A program made the position numbers and the translations under genes. The notes below the pieces were generated by a model. That model saw only the letters and a program-made list of their open reading frames with translations, made no database searches and had not been told where the DNA came from. A stretch of 32,000 bases of DNA. Source: Candidatus Thorarchaeota archaeon. GTDB lineage: Archaea; Asgardarchaeota; Heimdallarchaeia; Hodarchaeales; Hodarchaeaceae. The stretch is from contig JBHLRO010000008.1 in NCBI GenBank assembly GCA_048882505.1, forward strand, positions 108,144 to 140,143. Reading direction: 5' to 3'. This document shows positions 8,469 to 17,096 of the stretch, in pieces. Positions within the stretch are counted from its first letter, which is position 1. Each line of letters starts with the position of its first letter.

Positions 8469-10886
8469 TTAATCGCTTGGATAAATATTTCCAGAGTTTT
8501 GCTCTACCTTCTCAATAAAAAAGCACCATTTTTGGATTGTTGGTTGTGAAATGTTGTATACTGGAAGGGCTTTAAACCGTAAATGCCATGGGATACCTTC
8601 ATTCGTTAGTTTTTCGGCAGAAAATTCATTAACGATATTTTCAGCTTTTTGATACAATATGTTCTGGAATTTTTCTCCCACTCCTGATTCTTTTAACTTT
8701 GGATGCTGAATGACATTAAGAGTTCGTACATCAACATTAAAATTCCCGAATAGCTCCTGTGCCTGTGAATTGTGGGATAAAACCTTACCTAGATTATCTA
8801 CATATATGATCCCTTGATTAATGTTTTCTCTTAGAATGTTCAATTCTTGTTGGACTTGACGAAAGGATTCTTCGATTATTGACACCGCAGTTATGTCGGT
8901 TACCGTGACAACCGCGCCCACTACCTCACTATCAGCGAGGAGGGGTACCGAGGTGACCTTTGATTTTACCTCTTTCCCCTTCCTCGTAAGATATGTTATG
9001 TCCATAAATGTTTCACTTCTATTTCCCCTCAACCTATCTTTAACCAATTCCTTGATATGTTCGTGATCACGCTCTGGGAAAAAGCTATAAAGACTTCGAC
9101 CTATTAATTCCCTACTAGATGTATATTCCAGGATCTTCGCCATGCGTGTGTTCGCCATTGTCACTCTCTCTCTGCGATCCCAAACATAAACCCCCTCCGG
9201 GATGCTTGTGAGAATCTCCTCCAAAAACTCTTTAGTTGTTTGCAATTCTGAGGCTCTTGCTTTTTCCTCTGTAATGTCTCTGATAAATCCAAAAGTCTCT
9301 TGAATGTCTCCGCTAACACTCTGAATCGCCGCTCCCGTTACTAGCGTATGAATTAATTTTCCAGATCTATGAAGGAAGGCTAATTCATAGGATTCTGGGA
9401 GTTCTTCTCCAGTCTCTCTACCATGGGTAGTTTCTTTTAACTTTTTGGCACTTTCTTGCGTTAAGAAATCAAGAACCGGGACTCCAATGATTTCGTGCGG
9501 AGAATATCCAAGCATCTTGGCCATACTTTCGTTTATGTAAGTAGTATTCTCATCAGGTACATCGCTCACCCAAACCCCAATGGGAGTCCTTTCGATGAGT
9601 ACACGGAATCTTTGTGCGATAGCATTTCTCTCTGCTTCCGCAAAAACCCAGGCAGAGATGTCTCGCATAACAAATGCTACTTGATATCCCGCTGAATGTT
9701 CGATTGTAAAGCCTCGTGATTCTATTATATGCTTAGAGTTATCGGCCCGGTTTGTAATCGAATACATCAGTTCAGAATGACGTTCTGAGGATGAAGGATC
9801 GAGTATGTTTAGGAAACGCTCATGAAGCCAGTTTATATCTTTTGAATGAATTTCTCCTTGGCTTGGATCAAACTTACCAGGATTTAATTTAAGCATAATT
9901 TCCGAAACTGGTTTGCCTACTGTTTCTGCTTTTGATAGGCCACTTATTTGCGTGAAGGCCGAATTAACATCTAAAATCACTTCGTCCTTTGTCATCAAGA
10001 CGATTCCTGTATCTATTAGTCCCTCAAATATTTTTCGATGTTTCTCTTCTGAATCAATTAGAGCTTGTTGAGTCTGTATTGTGTGCGTGATATCAGTTGC
10101 CAATGCTTGAATTGCTCGAACTTCACCGGTCTTTTTGCCGTAGATTGGCCGTGCCGTTAGATCGAGGTGGATGATTTTGCCCTCTTTGGTAATCCCACGG
10201 AGGATGGTTCCAATGGTCAAAGATAGTCCGTCTTTGATTTTTTTTATCAAATCTGCCCATATAGGGCGATCTTCATCCATCGATAACTCTTTAAACGATA
10301 AATTCCCCATTTCCTCTCTATCATATCCGAATTTCAAAAAGAATTCAACATTTGCCTCCTTTAAAGTTCCCTGGGTATCAAAAATCAAAATTAAACCCGT
10401 TGAATTCTCGAATAGATCCCGATATCGGGCTTCAGATTTTTTAAGCTCGTTCTGCAATCTATATCTGTCAATCGTCTGACGAATAGAAGTCGCCATAAGG
10501 GAATAATAACCTGGTTGAACCCGTTTGATGAAATACCCTGAAGCTCCCTGTAATAATGCCTGTGATGCGATTTCCTCTGATCCTTGGCCGGTTATGAATA
10601 TAACGGGGATATCAATTCTCAGTTCTTCCTGAAGTTTTCTTAGAAAATTAATTCCATCAGCTGGCAAGACCATTTCATTAATCGTCAAGGTACCAGGCAA
10701 TTTGTGATCGCATAGAATGCAGTCGAATGTCTCTACCTCAAGTTTTTCTAAGGCAGATTTTGCTGAATATACTGTGGTTATTTTAAAACTAGGGTCTACA
10801 TCACCAAATTTTTTCACCAGTAGCCCAAGGAACCACTCATCGTCATCTATGGCTAGTATTTTCCTCTCGGATATCCCTGATGACAT
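8469..10886 (-). CDS. Response regulator receiver domain followed by five PAS domains, no output domain
   Basis: REC: KILAIDDD, FDCILCDHKLPG (phospho-Asp), PVIFITGQG, GASGYFIK. Five PAS units start at RYRDLFENS, KHRKIFEG, RFRVLIERTP, FLEEILTSIPEG and ILRENINQG. The start is uncertain (10886, 10901 or 10934). Confidence 0.9.
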   Translation of the reverse strand: MSSGISERKILAIDDDEWFLGLLVKKFGDVDPSFKITTVYSAKSALEKLEVETFDCILCDHKLPGTLTINEMVLPADGINFLRKLQEELRIDIPVIFITGQGSEEIASQALLQGASGYFIKRVQPGYYSLMATSIRQTIDRYRLQNELKKSEARYRDLFENSTGLILIFDTQGTLKEANVEFFLKFGYDREEMGNLSFKELSMDEDRPIWADLIKKIKDGLSLTIGTILRGITKEGKIIHLDLTARPIYGKKTGEVRAIQALATDITHTIQTQQALIDSEEKHRKIFEGLIDTGIVLMTKDEVILDVNSAFTQISGLSKAETVGKPVSEIMLKLNPGKFDPSQGEIHSKDINWLHERFLNILDPSSSERHSELMYSITNRADNSKHIIESRGFTIEHSAGYQVAFVMRDISAWVFAEAERNAIAQRFRVLIERTPIGVWVSDVPDENTTYINESMAKMLGYSPHEIIGVPVLDFLTQESAKKLKETTHGRETGEELPESYELAFLHRSGKLIHTLVTGAAIQSVSGDIQETFGFIRDITEEKARASELQTTKEFLEEILTSIPEGVYVWDRRERVTMANTRMAKILEYTSSRELIGRSLYSFFPERDHEHIKELVKDRLRGNRSETFMDITYLTRKGKEVKSKVTSVPLLADSEVVGAVVTVTDITAVSIIEESFRQVQQELNILRENINQGIIYVDNLGKVLSHNSQAQELFGNFNVDVRTLNVIQHPKLKESGVGEKFQNILYQKAENIVNEFSAEKLTNEGIPWHLRFKALPVYNISQPTIQKWCFFIEKVEQNSGNIYPSD

Positions 10887-10989
10887 ATTAGTTCCAATCA
10901 TGCTTATCTCACAATGTCCCGAGGCTCTACCCATTCCTGGGGCTTATATGTAAGGTTTTTTGTTTGAATTCGCCATGAGAGTTTGGGTC

Positions 10990-11238
10990 TCAGACTTTGT
11001 ATACCTTATCGCCCTTTCTAACTCGTTCTGGAACCTTTAATCCAACCAAGGTTCCAGCAGAGACAGAATCCACGTCAGCACGATCTATCTGTAGACTTTC
11101 AACAACCATCTCAAAATCTGTGGTAGCTCCCCTAATAGAAAGCTTATCACCGATTTTTACCGATCCGTTTGTAACATTCAAGACAGCTACGCCAACCTTT
11201 GTGAAGTAGTTATCTATTTGTCCTATTTCTTCGTCCAT
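10990..11238 (-). CDS. Small stand-alone EF-Tu domain II-like / U32-peptidase C-terminal-like beta-barrel protein
   Basis: IGQIDNYFTKVGVAVL...VKIGDKLSIRG.TTDFEMVVESLQID...V..G..VGLKV..RVRKGDKVYKV matches this family pattern. A GGTGA RBS precedes ATG 11238. Confidence 0.75.
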   Translation of the reverse strand: MDEEIGQIDNYFTKVGVAVLNVTNGSVKIGDKLSIRGATTDFEMVVESLQIDRADVDSVSAGTLVGLKVPERVRKGDKVYKV

Positions 11239-11263
11239 ACTTATCACCTAACATTTGGGCGGG

Positions 11264-11272
11264 TTTTATAAA
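11264..11272 (-). promoter_or_regulatory. Putative archaeal TATA box for the 10990-11238 gene
   Basis: Minus strand reads TTTATAAAA about 26 nt upstream of ATG 11238. Confidence 0.4.
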
Positions 11273-11358
11273 CACATTCTTATTATCTAGTGGCCGGAAA
11301 AGTTGTTTAAGGGCAGATTATTTGATTCGATCCGCCTTCGTCTGGTATAAAGATTACT

Positions 11359-11401
11359 GGAAGTATGGATTCAAAAACCTTTTGAACCATCCAATACTTC
11401 C
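11359..11401. other. Imperfect 43-nt inverted repeat (hairpin) in intergenic region
   Basis: GGAAGT-ATGG-A-TTCAAAA-ACC-TTTTGAA-CCAT-CCAAT-ACTTCC gives 7+4+6 bp stems with bulges. It lies downstream of the longin-like pair. Confidence 0.6.
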
Positions 11402-11459
11402 ACTTGTATGTTCACTGTTTAATATATTTCCGTTAATGCACCTGTAATGGCATGGAGGC

Positions 11460-12506
11460 TTAAAGAAGTCTCTTCCACATCCTACGGATTTTTTCTTTCA
11501 AGGAGGATCCAGAAGATTTAGAAATTTCTTGAAACGTATCTAATAGATCTTCAGTAGACAATGGATCGATAAGTTGTGACACGTAATCCAAATATTCCTT
11601 GACAAGAAGCTTTCTAAGCCCTGGTTTAATATCTTCAAGCACGTGGTTAGGAAGAGACAGAAACGAATTCAGGAATTCGTGTTGATTGCAAAGCTGAGAA
11701 AACGAGGTGTCAAGAACGAGGAAGTAAACCTCACCATAAACAAATTCAAGACTGGATAATATATGGGTACCAAATACCAAGCGTTTGGGTCTTGCTCCAC
11801 CGAACAATGTCTGTACAAAATCAATTATCACCGATAGATACCCTGCTAGTATTACATCCCTTTCGACATTCCATGAAATGGGCATTTCTCCGCCTCCGAA
11901 CATAGACATAAGGGCCCATCCCTCGGGGGTAATTTGGTCGATCAGGCCCTTCTGTTTTCGCAAATTCCAGTGTAACAACAACAATTCTTCAAAAGAAAGC
12001 ATTGAAAAATTGGAAGACCCTCTACCGCAGATTTGGCTAATCATCTCCCGATGTCCAGGATTAAGGTCAATGATAATGTTTTGGAAAATTGATTCTATTA
12101 TTTTGGCTTCATTCTCTTGTTTCACGTTTGAAACTGCATGGGCGAACAAGATGGAGGCTTGACCTACAAGAACCGCCTTGATTTGTTCTGCCATTGTTTC
12201 AGGCAAGCCCTCCTTTGCAGAAATCAGCTTTAAAGTAATTGCTGCATCCGAACAAACGAAAAAGAATTTATTCTGCAATGACACAATAAAGACTTCAGAT
12301 GCCTTTAGGCCTGCATATTTTTTGACTTCAAATTCTATTGAAGCCACTGAATTTTCTCCGAAAATTTCTTGAGCGATATTGCCCAGTCCCCTTAAGAAAT
12401 TGACCACAAAAGTTTTAAATTCATAGTCAGGGCTGCCAAATGACCACTCGATCTTATTATCAAATACAAATAGTGCCCAATTTTCATCAGCGCGAATAGA
12501 CTCCAC
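11460..12506 (-). CDS. Putative tandem (two-domain) longin-like protein B
   Basis: Two repeats of a beta-beta-alpha-beta-beta-beta pattern; the second reads WALMSMFGGGEMPISWN..DVILAGYLSVIIDFVQTLFG..PKRLVFG...LEFVYGEVYFLVLD. It is clearly paralogous to the upstream gene. GTG start 7 nt after the partner's stop. Confidence 0.6.
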   Translation of the reverse strand: MESIRADENWALFVFDNKIEWSFGSPDYEFKTFVVNFLRGLGNIAQEIFGENSVASIEFEVKKYAGLKASEVFIVSLQNKFFFVCSDAAITLKLISAKEGLPETMAEQIKAVLVGQASILFAHAVSNVKQENEAKIIESIFQNIIIDLNPGHREMISQICGRGSSNFSMLSFEELLLLHWNLRKQKGLIDQITPEGWALMSMFGGGEMPISWNVERDVILAGYLSVIIDFVQTLFGGARPKRLVFGTHILSSLEFVYGEVYFLVLDTSFSQLCNQHEFLNSFLSLPNHVLEDIKPGLRKLLVKEYLDYVSQLIDPLSTEDLLDTFQEISKSSGSSLKEKIRRMWKRLL

Positions 12507-12513
12507 TTCCGGA

Positions 12514-13551
12514 TTAAAATCTTCCGAAAATACGCGAAAGTATTGTACGAACTTCTCCTTTCTTTCTTGGTTGATATCTTTTTTTGATCAGATCGTTAAT
12601 TTCCTGTGTCTCAAGTATCTCTGATTCATATCCAATGATTTCATCGATTAGACGTTTATGCAGAGAACTATAGAGGTCTTCTTGTACATGCCGGCTCATG
12701 CTAAAGTAGCGATCATGGAACTCATCGATCTGCATAAGGGAATGGACAGGAGTATCGATAGCAAGGAAATATTCGTCCTTTCCATTCACAAAAAACAACC
12801 GATTGATATTATTGGTCCCAAACGTAATCTGTCCAGGACCACCTGTTTCAAATATCGATTTTATGAAAGCAATTATGATTCCTAGATATCCCGCTAATAC
12901 TACTGGATCACGATCTCTCACATTATAATCTAAATGGATTTCACCCCCAGAAAGATGACTAACAAGGGCCCACCCCGATGATGACAATGGTTTTGTGAGC
13001 TCGGGCTGTTTTCTCAGATAGTAGTGTAAGTATAAGAGATGATCAAGTGGTAGCATGGAGAAATTACTTGAATTCTCAGAAACGATCTTGGGAATTTCCT
13101 CCTGATAGTTTGGATCGATGTCCAAGATTATGTCCTGCCATAATTTGGTGAGATAATCTCTTCTATCAGCTGTCTCGGCTTCTGTTATACATTGCCCGTA
13201 TATCATTGCAGCTTGGCCCACCAAAACTGCCGAGATAGCATCTTGGATATCTGTTGGGATTCCCCCTTTACCTTCTATCAATTTAAGTGTAATTTGAGGA
13301 TCTGATAAAATTAAAAAGAATCTATTCATTAGACTAACAATGAATATTTCTGATGACTGATGATAGGAACGTTTCTTGAGTTCAAATTCAATAGATGCGA
13401 CTCCGTGTTGCCCGAACAATTCCTGACCGATTTGGCCAAGACCTGTTAAAAAATTGACAACAAAGGTTTGAAACTCCTCATCAGGATCCCCAAAATGCCA
13501 TTTTACCTCTTTCTCGATAACGAACAAACAGAAAAATTCATCTACTTTCAT
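12514..13551 (-). CDS. Putative tandem (two-domain) longin-like protein A
   Basis: Same two-domain pattern as protein B, with shared blocks FVVNFL.GLG.I.QE.FG..VASIEFE, AVLVGQA, SSNFSML, LRKQ, GWAL and LAGYL. ATG 13551 aligns with the start of B; the ORF track extends to 13638. Confidence 0.6.
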   Translation of the reverse strand: MKVDEFFCLFVIEKEVKWHFGDPDEEFQTFVVNFLTGLGQIGQELFGQHGVASIEFELKKRSYHQSSEIFIVSLMNRFFLILSDPQITLKLIEGKGGIPTDIQDAISAVLVGQAAMIYGQCITEAETADRRDYLTKLWQDIILDIDPNYQEEIPKIVSENSSNFSMLPLDHLLYLHYYLRKQPELTKPLSSSGWALVSHLSGGEIHLDYNVRDRDPVVLAGYLGIIIAFIKSIFETGGPGQITFGTNNINRLFFVNGKDEYFLAIDTPVHSLMQIDEFHDRYFSMSRHVQEDLYSSLHKRLIDEIIGYESEILETQEINDLIKKRYQPRKKGEVRTILSRIFGRF

Positions 13552-13663
13552 AAAAAGCGGATCCACTAAGCTAGATAAGGAGTCAGACTCCAATAATAAT
13601 CTTTTTATTTTTTTTGCTAAGAGATAAAACCTCATCAAAGTCGTCGAAGTAATAACAGAAGAG

Positions 13664-14848
13664 ATGATTATGCTACCAAAACAGCTTAAAGCGTTACAAG
13701 GATCACCTACAGGTAAATTCTTCGCTATGGCAAAAGAAAGAGAGGCTGAAGGCTATCCCGTAATCCATCTGGAAATTGGCCAACCCGATTTCCAGCCACT
13801 TCCCCAGATTATTGATTCAACCATAAGAGCCATTACTGAGGGAAAAACTGCTTACACTGTAAGCAAAGGGATCCCTGAACTTCGACGAGCAATCGCAGAG
13901 ATGTATGAAGAGGATTGGAAAGTTGTACTAGATCCATTATCGGAGATTTTGTGTATAGCCAGCGGTAAACTTGCCGTCCTGGCGGCAATATACGCCGTTA
14001 TTGATCGAGGTGATCCCATTATGGTTCAAGAGCCATATTGGGTGTCGTATCCCGCAATGACCCATTTGGTAGGAGGAAAGTTCTTCCCCATTCCGATGGA
14101 TGATTCTGATTCTACAAATTTTGGTTTTAATACGGACGCTATTATGGAGTTAGTCAGTGAGAATAAGCCTAAGGCTATGATTGTAAACCATCCCAATAAC
14201 CCAACGGGTCATATTCTTACCCAAAGGGAGCTGACCTTTCTCAAAGACTTGATTGAGGACCACGATATAGCCGTTGTTAGTGATGAAATTTATAGTGAGT
14301 ATTCATATTTAGATTCAGCAGAACCAACTCTTTTGAAGGTTTTCCCAGAGTGGAGCGATAAAATTATCGTTGTTAACGGATTTTCGAAGACCTTCAGCAT
14401 GACAGGATACCGATTAGGTTATACCGTGTCTAATCCCACCTTGGCCGAGGGTATATTGAAATTCATCCAAGCGACAACAACCTGCCCTGCGAGCTTCGCT
14501 CAATGGGCTGGAGTAACCGCACTGAAACACCGTCAAGAAGCCCGAAAACTGATTAGGGAACTTTTTCCGAATAGAAGGAAAGTATTACTTGATGAGGTCA
14601 AGAATACTCCAGGGTTAAGTTTATCTGCCATTGATGGAGCCTTTTATGGATTTATTAAATACGATTACACAGAAAAGCCAGCTGAGCAAGTTACCATCGA
14701 TCTCTTGATGAATGCCAATGTTGCAGTTATCCCGGGAACGGGATTTGGTGAATCAGCTGAGGGATATTTTCGTGTAGCATTTTCACGATCGGAAAACGAG
14801 ATTAAGACAGCTTTCAGCAACATTAGGGAATTTATTAAGGACCAATGA
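13664..14848 (+). CDS. PLP-dependent aminotransferase class I/II (aspartate aminotransferase-like)
   Basis: VIHLEIGQPDF, Y...GIPELRRAIA, PYWVSY, NHPNNPTG, SDEIYSE and NGFSKTFSMTGYRLGY (PLP lysine), plus GYFRVAF. Confidence 0.95.
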   Translation: MIMLPKQLKALQGSPTGKFFAMAKEREAEGYPVIHLEIGQPDFQPLPQIIDSTIRAITEGKTAYTVSKGIPELRRAIAEMYEEDWKVVLDPLSEILCIASGKLAVLAAIYAVIDRGDPIMVQEPYWVSYPAMTHLVGGKFFPIPMDDSDSTNFGFNTDAIMELVSENKPKAMIVNHPNNPTGHILTQRELTFLKDLIEDHDIAVVSDEIYSEYSYLDSAEPTLLKVFPEWSDKIIVVNGFSKTFSMTGYRLGYTVSNPTLAEGILKFIQATTTCPASFAQWAGVTALKHRQEARKLIRELFPNRRKVLLDEVKNTPGLSLSAIDGAFYGFIKYDYTEKPAEQVTIDLLMNANVAVIPGTGFGESAEGYFRVAFSRSENEIKTAFSNIREFIKDQ

Positions 14849-14851
14849 GCC

Positions 14852-15967
14852 GTGATGAAGACCTCTCATAAGATCTATTTTGAAAACTCCAAAAATATGG
14901 ATAAAATCCCTCCTGGTTCAATAGATCTTGTCGTGACTTCTCCTCCTTATCCTATGATAGAAATGTGGGATGACCTGTTTGCGAGCCAAAATCCAAGTAT
15001 CGAATTCGCACTAGCCAATGGGAATGGATCAGAAGCATATGACTTAATGCATAAAGAATTGAATCCAGTTTGGAAAGAAATCCATAGAGTTTTGAAAAAC
15101 GGATCAATTGCATGTATTAATGTTGGTGACGCCACCAGGAAAATTGGAAAAGATTTTCAACTGTTTCCAAATCATTCTCGGATTTTAGAATTCCTTACTA
15201 AATTGGGATTTCAAGTTCTTCCAGGAGTATTATGGAGGAAACCCACAAATGCTCCAAATAAATTCATGGGTTCGGGAATGCTTCCACCAAGTGCATATGT
15301 AACGTTAGAGCACGAGCATATTATCTGTTTTAGAAAAGGCGGTAAAAGGGAATTTATTTCTGAAAAAGAAAAGGAAAGAAGACGAGAGAGCGCTTTCTTT
15401 TGGGAAGAACGAAACCGCTGGTTTTCTGATTTGTGGGCCAATTTAAGGGGAGCTAACCAGAAATTATCAAGAAACGCGAGTTCCCTTAGGAATCGGAGTG
15501 GGGCTTTTCCATTAAATCTAGCTTTGCGGCTCATTGTTATGTTTTCCATCCAGGGAGATGTTGTATTGGACCCCTTTCTTGGGACCGGTACAACGATGAT
15601 GGCAGCAATGATTGGGGGGAGAAGCAGCGTAGGTTATGAGCTTGATTCAAAATTTAAAGAGTTAATCATCTCCAAGATGGGTGAGATCCCAAAATTGTCC
15701 AGGATGTACGTCCAGTCGAGACTAGAAAATCATTTAAACTTCGTGGAGAACAAAATTGGCGAGAATTCTCCGCTGAAGTATGTAAACAAGTTTTACAATA
15801 TTCCTGTATATACAAAGCAGGAAAAAAACCTCTGGATTCCCTATGTGAAATCTATTACACAGATCGATAATTCAACTTTCAGCGCTAGGCATTCAGACAA
15901 ATCTGCTGAAAGAAAGATATCTATTGTTAAAGAAGCGAGGAAAGGTTTAGATTCATTTATGGAATAA
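14852..15967 (+). CDS. Beta-class DNA amino-methyltransferase (N4-cytosine-type SPPY motif)
   Basis: SIDLVVTSPPY (motif IV) precedes GDVVLDPFLGTGTT (motif I) and VGYELD, which is beta order. It starts 3 nt after the aminotransferase stop. Confidence 0.9.
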   Translation: MMKTSHKIYFENSKNMDKIPPGSIDLVVTSPPYPMIEMWDDLFASQNPSIEFALANGNGSEAYDLMHKELNPVWKEIHRVLKNGSIACINVGDATRKIGKDFQLFPNHSRILEFLTKLGFQVLPGVLWRKPTNAPNKFMGSGMLPPSAYVTLEHEHIICFRKGGKREFISEKEKERRRESAFFWEERNRWFSDLWANLRGANQKLSRNASSLRNRSGAFPLNLALRLIVMFSIQGDVVLDPFLGTGTTMMAAMIGGRSSVGYELDSKFKELIISKMGEIPKLSRMYVQSRLENHLNFVENKIGENSPLKYVNKFYNIPVYTKQEKNLWIPYVKSITQIDNSTFSARHSDKSAERKISIVKEARKGLDSFME

Positions 15968-16113
15968 TAATAGTATGGGTTTTATACTCCTTAAATGTTC
16001 TCGGTAGTTCCAGGTGTAGTCAAAGCCTTTCAGGATGCAGCTCCCCAAAATGTGAAAATTCCTCCGAATCTCGCTTAAAATACCGCTGGAAAATCATGAG
16101 ATTCACTTTATGC

Positions 16114-17070
16114 TTAATCTAAAGATATCACCGAGCCTGGTATTCGTAAAAGATTCAGATTAGATTCGAAATATTCCTTTATTTCGTTAGCAAATGAAGC
16201 TAGGGGAGAGATTTCTAGACCAGATTCCAATTTCTCGATCATCGACCGTACAGAGTTTAAATATCGGGTGTTTAAACTGAAACCCGAACTGACGATTGCT
16301 AAAACCTGCTTGCTGAATTCTTTCTTAATTAGATTGTCCGGAAGCCTTTCTGATAATTTAATTAAGGCTTCTACGGACGTTCGGTATGCTTTATCAGCAC
16401 CAATAAGAAATGGTATCGGAGAATTTGAGTCGAATTTGATTTTGGCTTCATGAAATGTTCTGTTGGCTTCTATTATCGTTTCTACTATACTAGGATCAAT
16501 TTTCATATGCATATCAGAAATTCCTGCAGTTTTTTCCTCTGATAATGGCCAATGATTGGCAATCACTGTCTCGATGATATCAAGGCTGCCCAGAATTGAT
16601 TCTAAATTCTTTTTGACCTGAGATTGATCTTCAAACCTCTTCTTGAGCTTATCAAGACGTTGTTTTTGGCTTTTCACTTGCATATTAACTTTTTTTGATG
16701 AGTATTGTTGCCCCTTGAGTTTGTTGACTTCCTCAATAAAATCGCCCTTTTGCTGCTGTAGAACTTCAATTGAATTCTCTAGATTCTTTTTCATGATCTC
16801 TAGTTCTGTTATGATCTCTTTTGTGTGTGAAACCTCATTTTGTAACTTATTTAGTCTCTTTAACAAGGTTTTTTTCTCTTCAGCCGATTCTAAATTGGAA
16901 TTTTCAATATTTGGTCGTATGTTTTCCAAATCAGCCTGCTGACGGATTTTTAACAACAAACTTTGCATTTTTTTTTCTTTATCACCAAGATCAGTTAGCT
17001 CTTGAGTTAATAGGGCTTTTTTTTGGAGATGATCCAAGAAATCTTCTTGGATTCTCACCTGAAGAGTCAA
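16114..17070 (-). CDS. Hypothetical protein: long N-terminal coiled coil plus helical C-terminal domain
   Basis: About 165 aa of heptad-rich E/K/Q/L sequence, then a more globular helical region. The start (TTG 17070 or GTG 17058) is uncertain. Confidence 0.7.
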   Translation of the reverse strand: MTLQVRIQEDFLDHLQKKALLTQELTDLGDKEKKMQSLLLKIRQQADLENIRPNIENSNLESAEEKKTLLKRLNKLQNEVSHTKEIITELEIMKKNLENSIEVLQQQKGDFIEEVNKLKGQQYSSKKVNMQVKSQKQRLDKLKKRFEDQSQVKKNLESILGSLDIIETVIANHWPLSEEKTAGISDMHMKIDPSIVETIIEANRTFHEAKIKFDSNSPIPFLIGADKAYRTSVEALIKLSERLPDNLIKKEFSKQVLAIVSSGFSLNTRYLNSVRSMIEKLESGLEISPLASFANEIKEYFESNLNLLRIPGSVISLD

Positions 17071-17096
17071 TATTTCCGTAATCTTGTCGTCCAGGA

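Noticed and set aside
11340-11420. Hairpin as a possible SECIS element
   Set aside because: No UGA/GA kink-turn core or archaeal GAA/A motif in either orientation, and no in-frame TGA selenoprotein candidate nearby.
13552-13638. N-terminal extension of longin-like protein A in the ORF track
   Set aside because: Paralog B aligns from Met at 13551, and the extension would leave only 25 nt for two divergent promoters.
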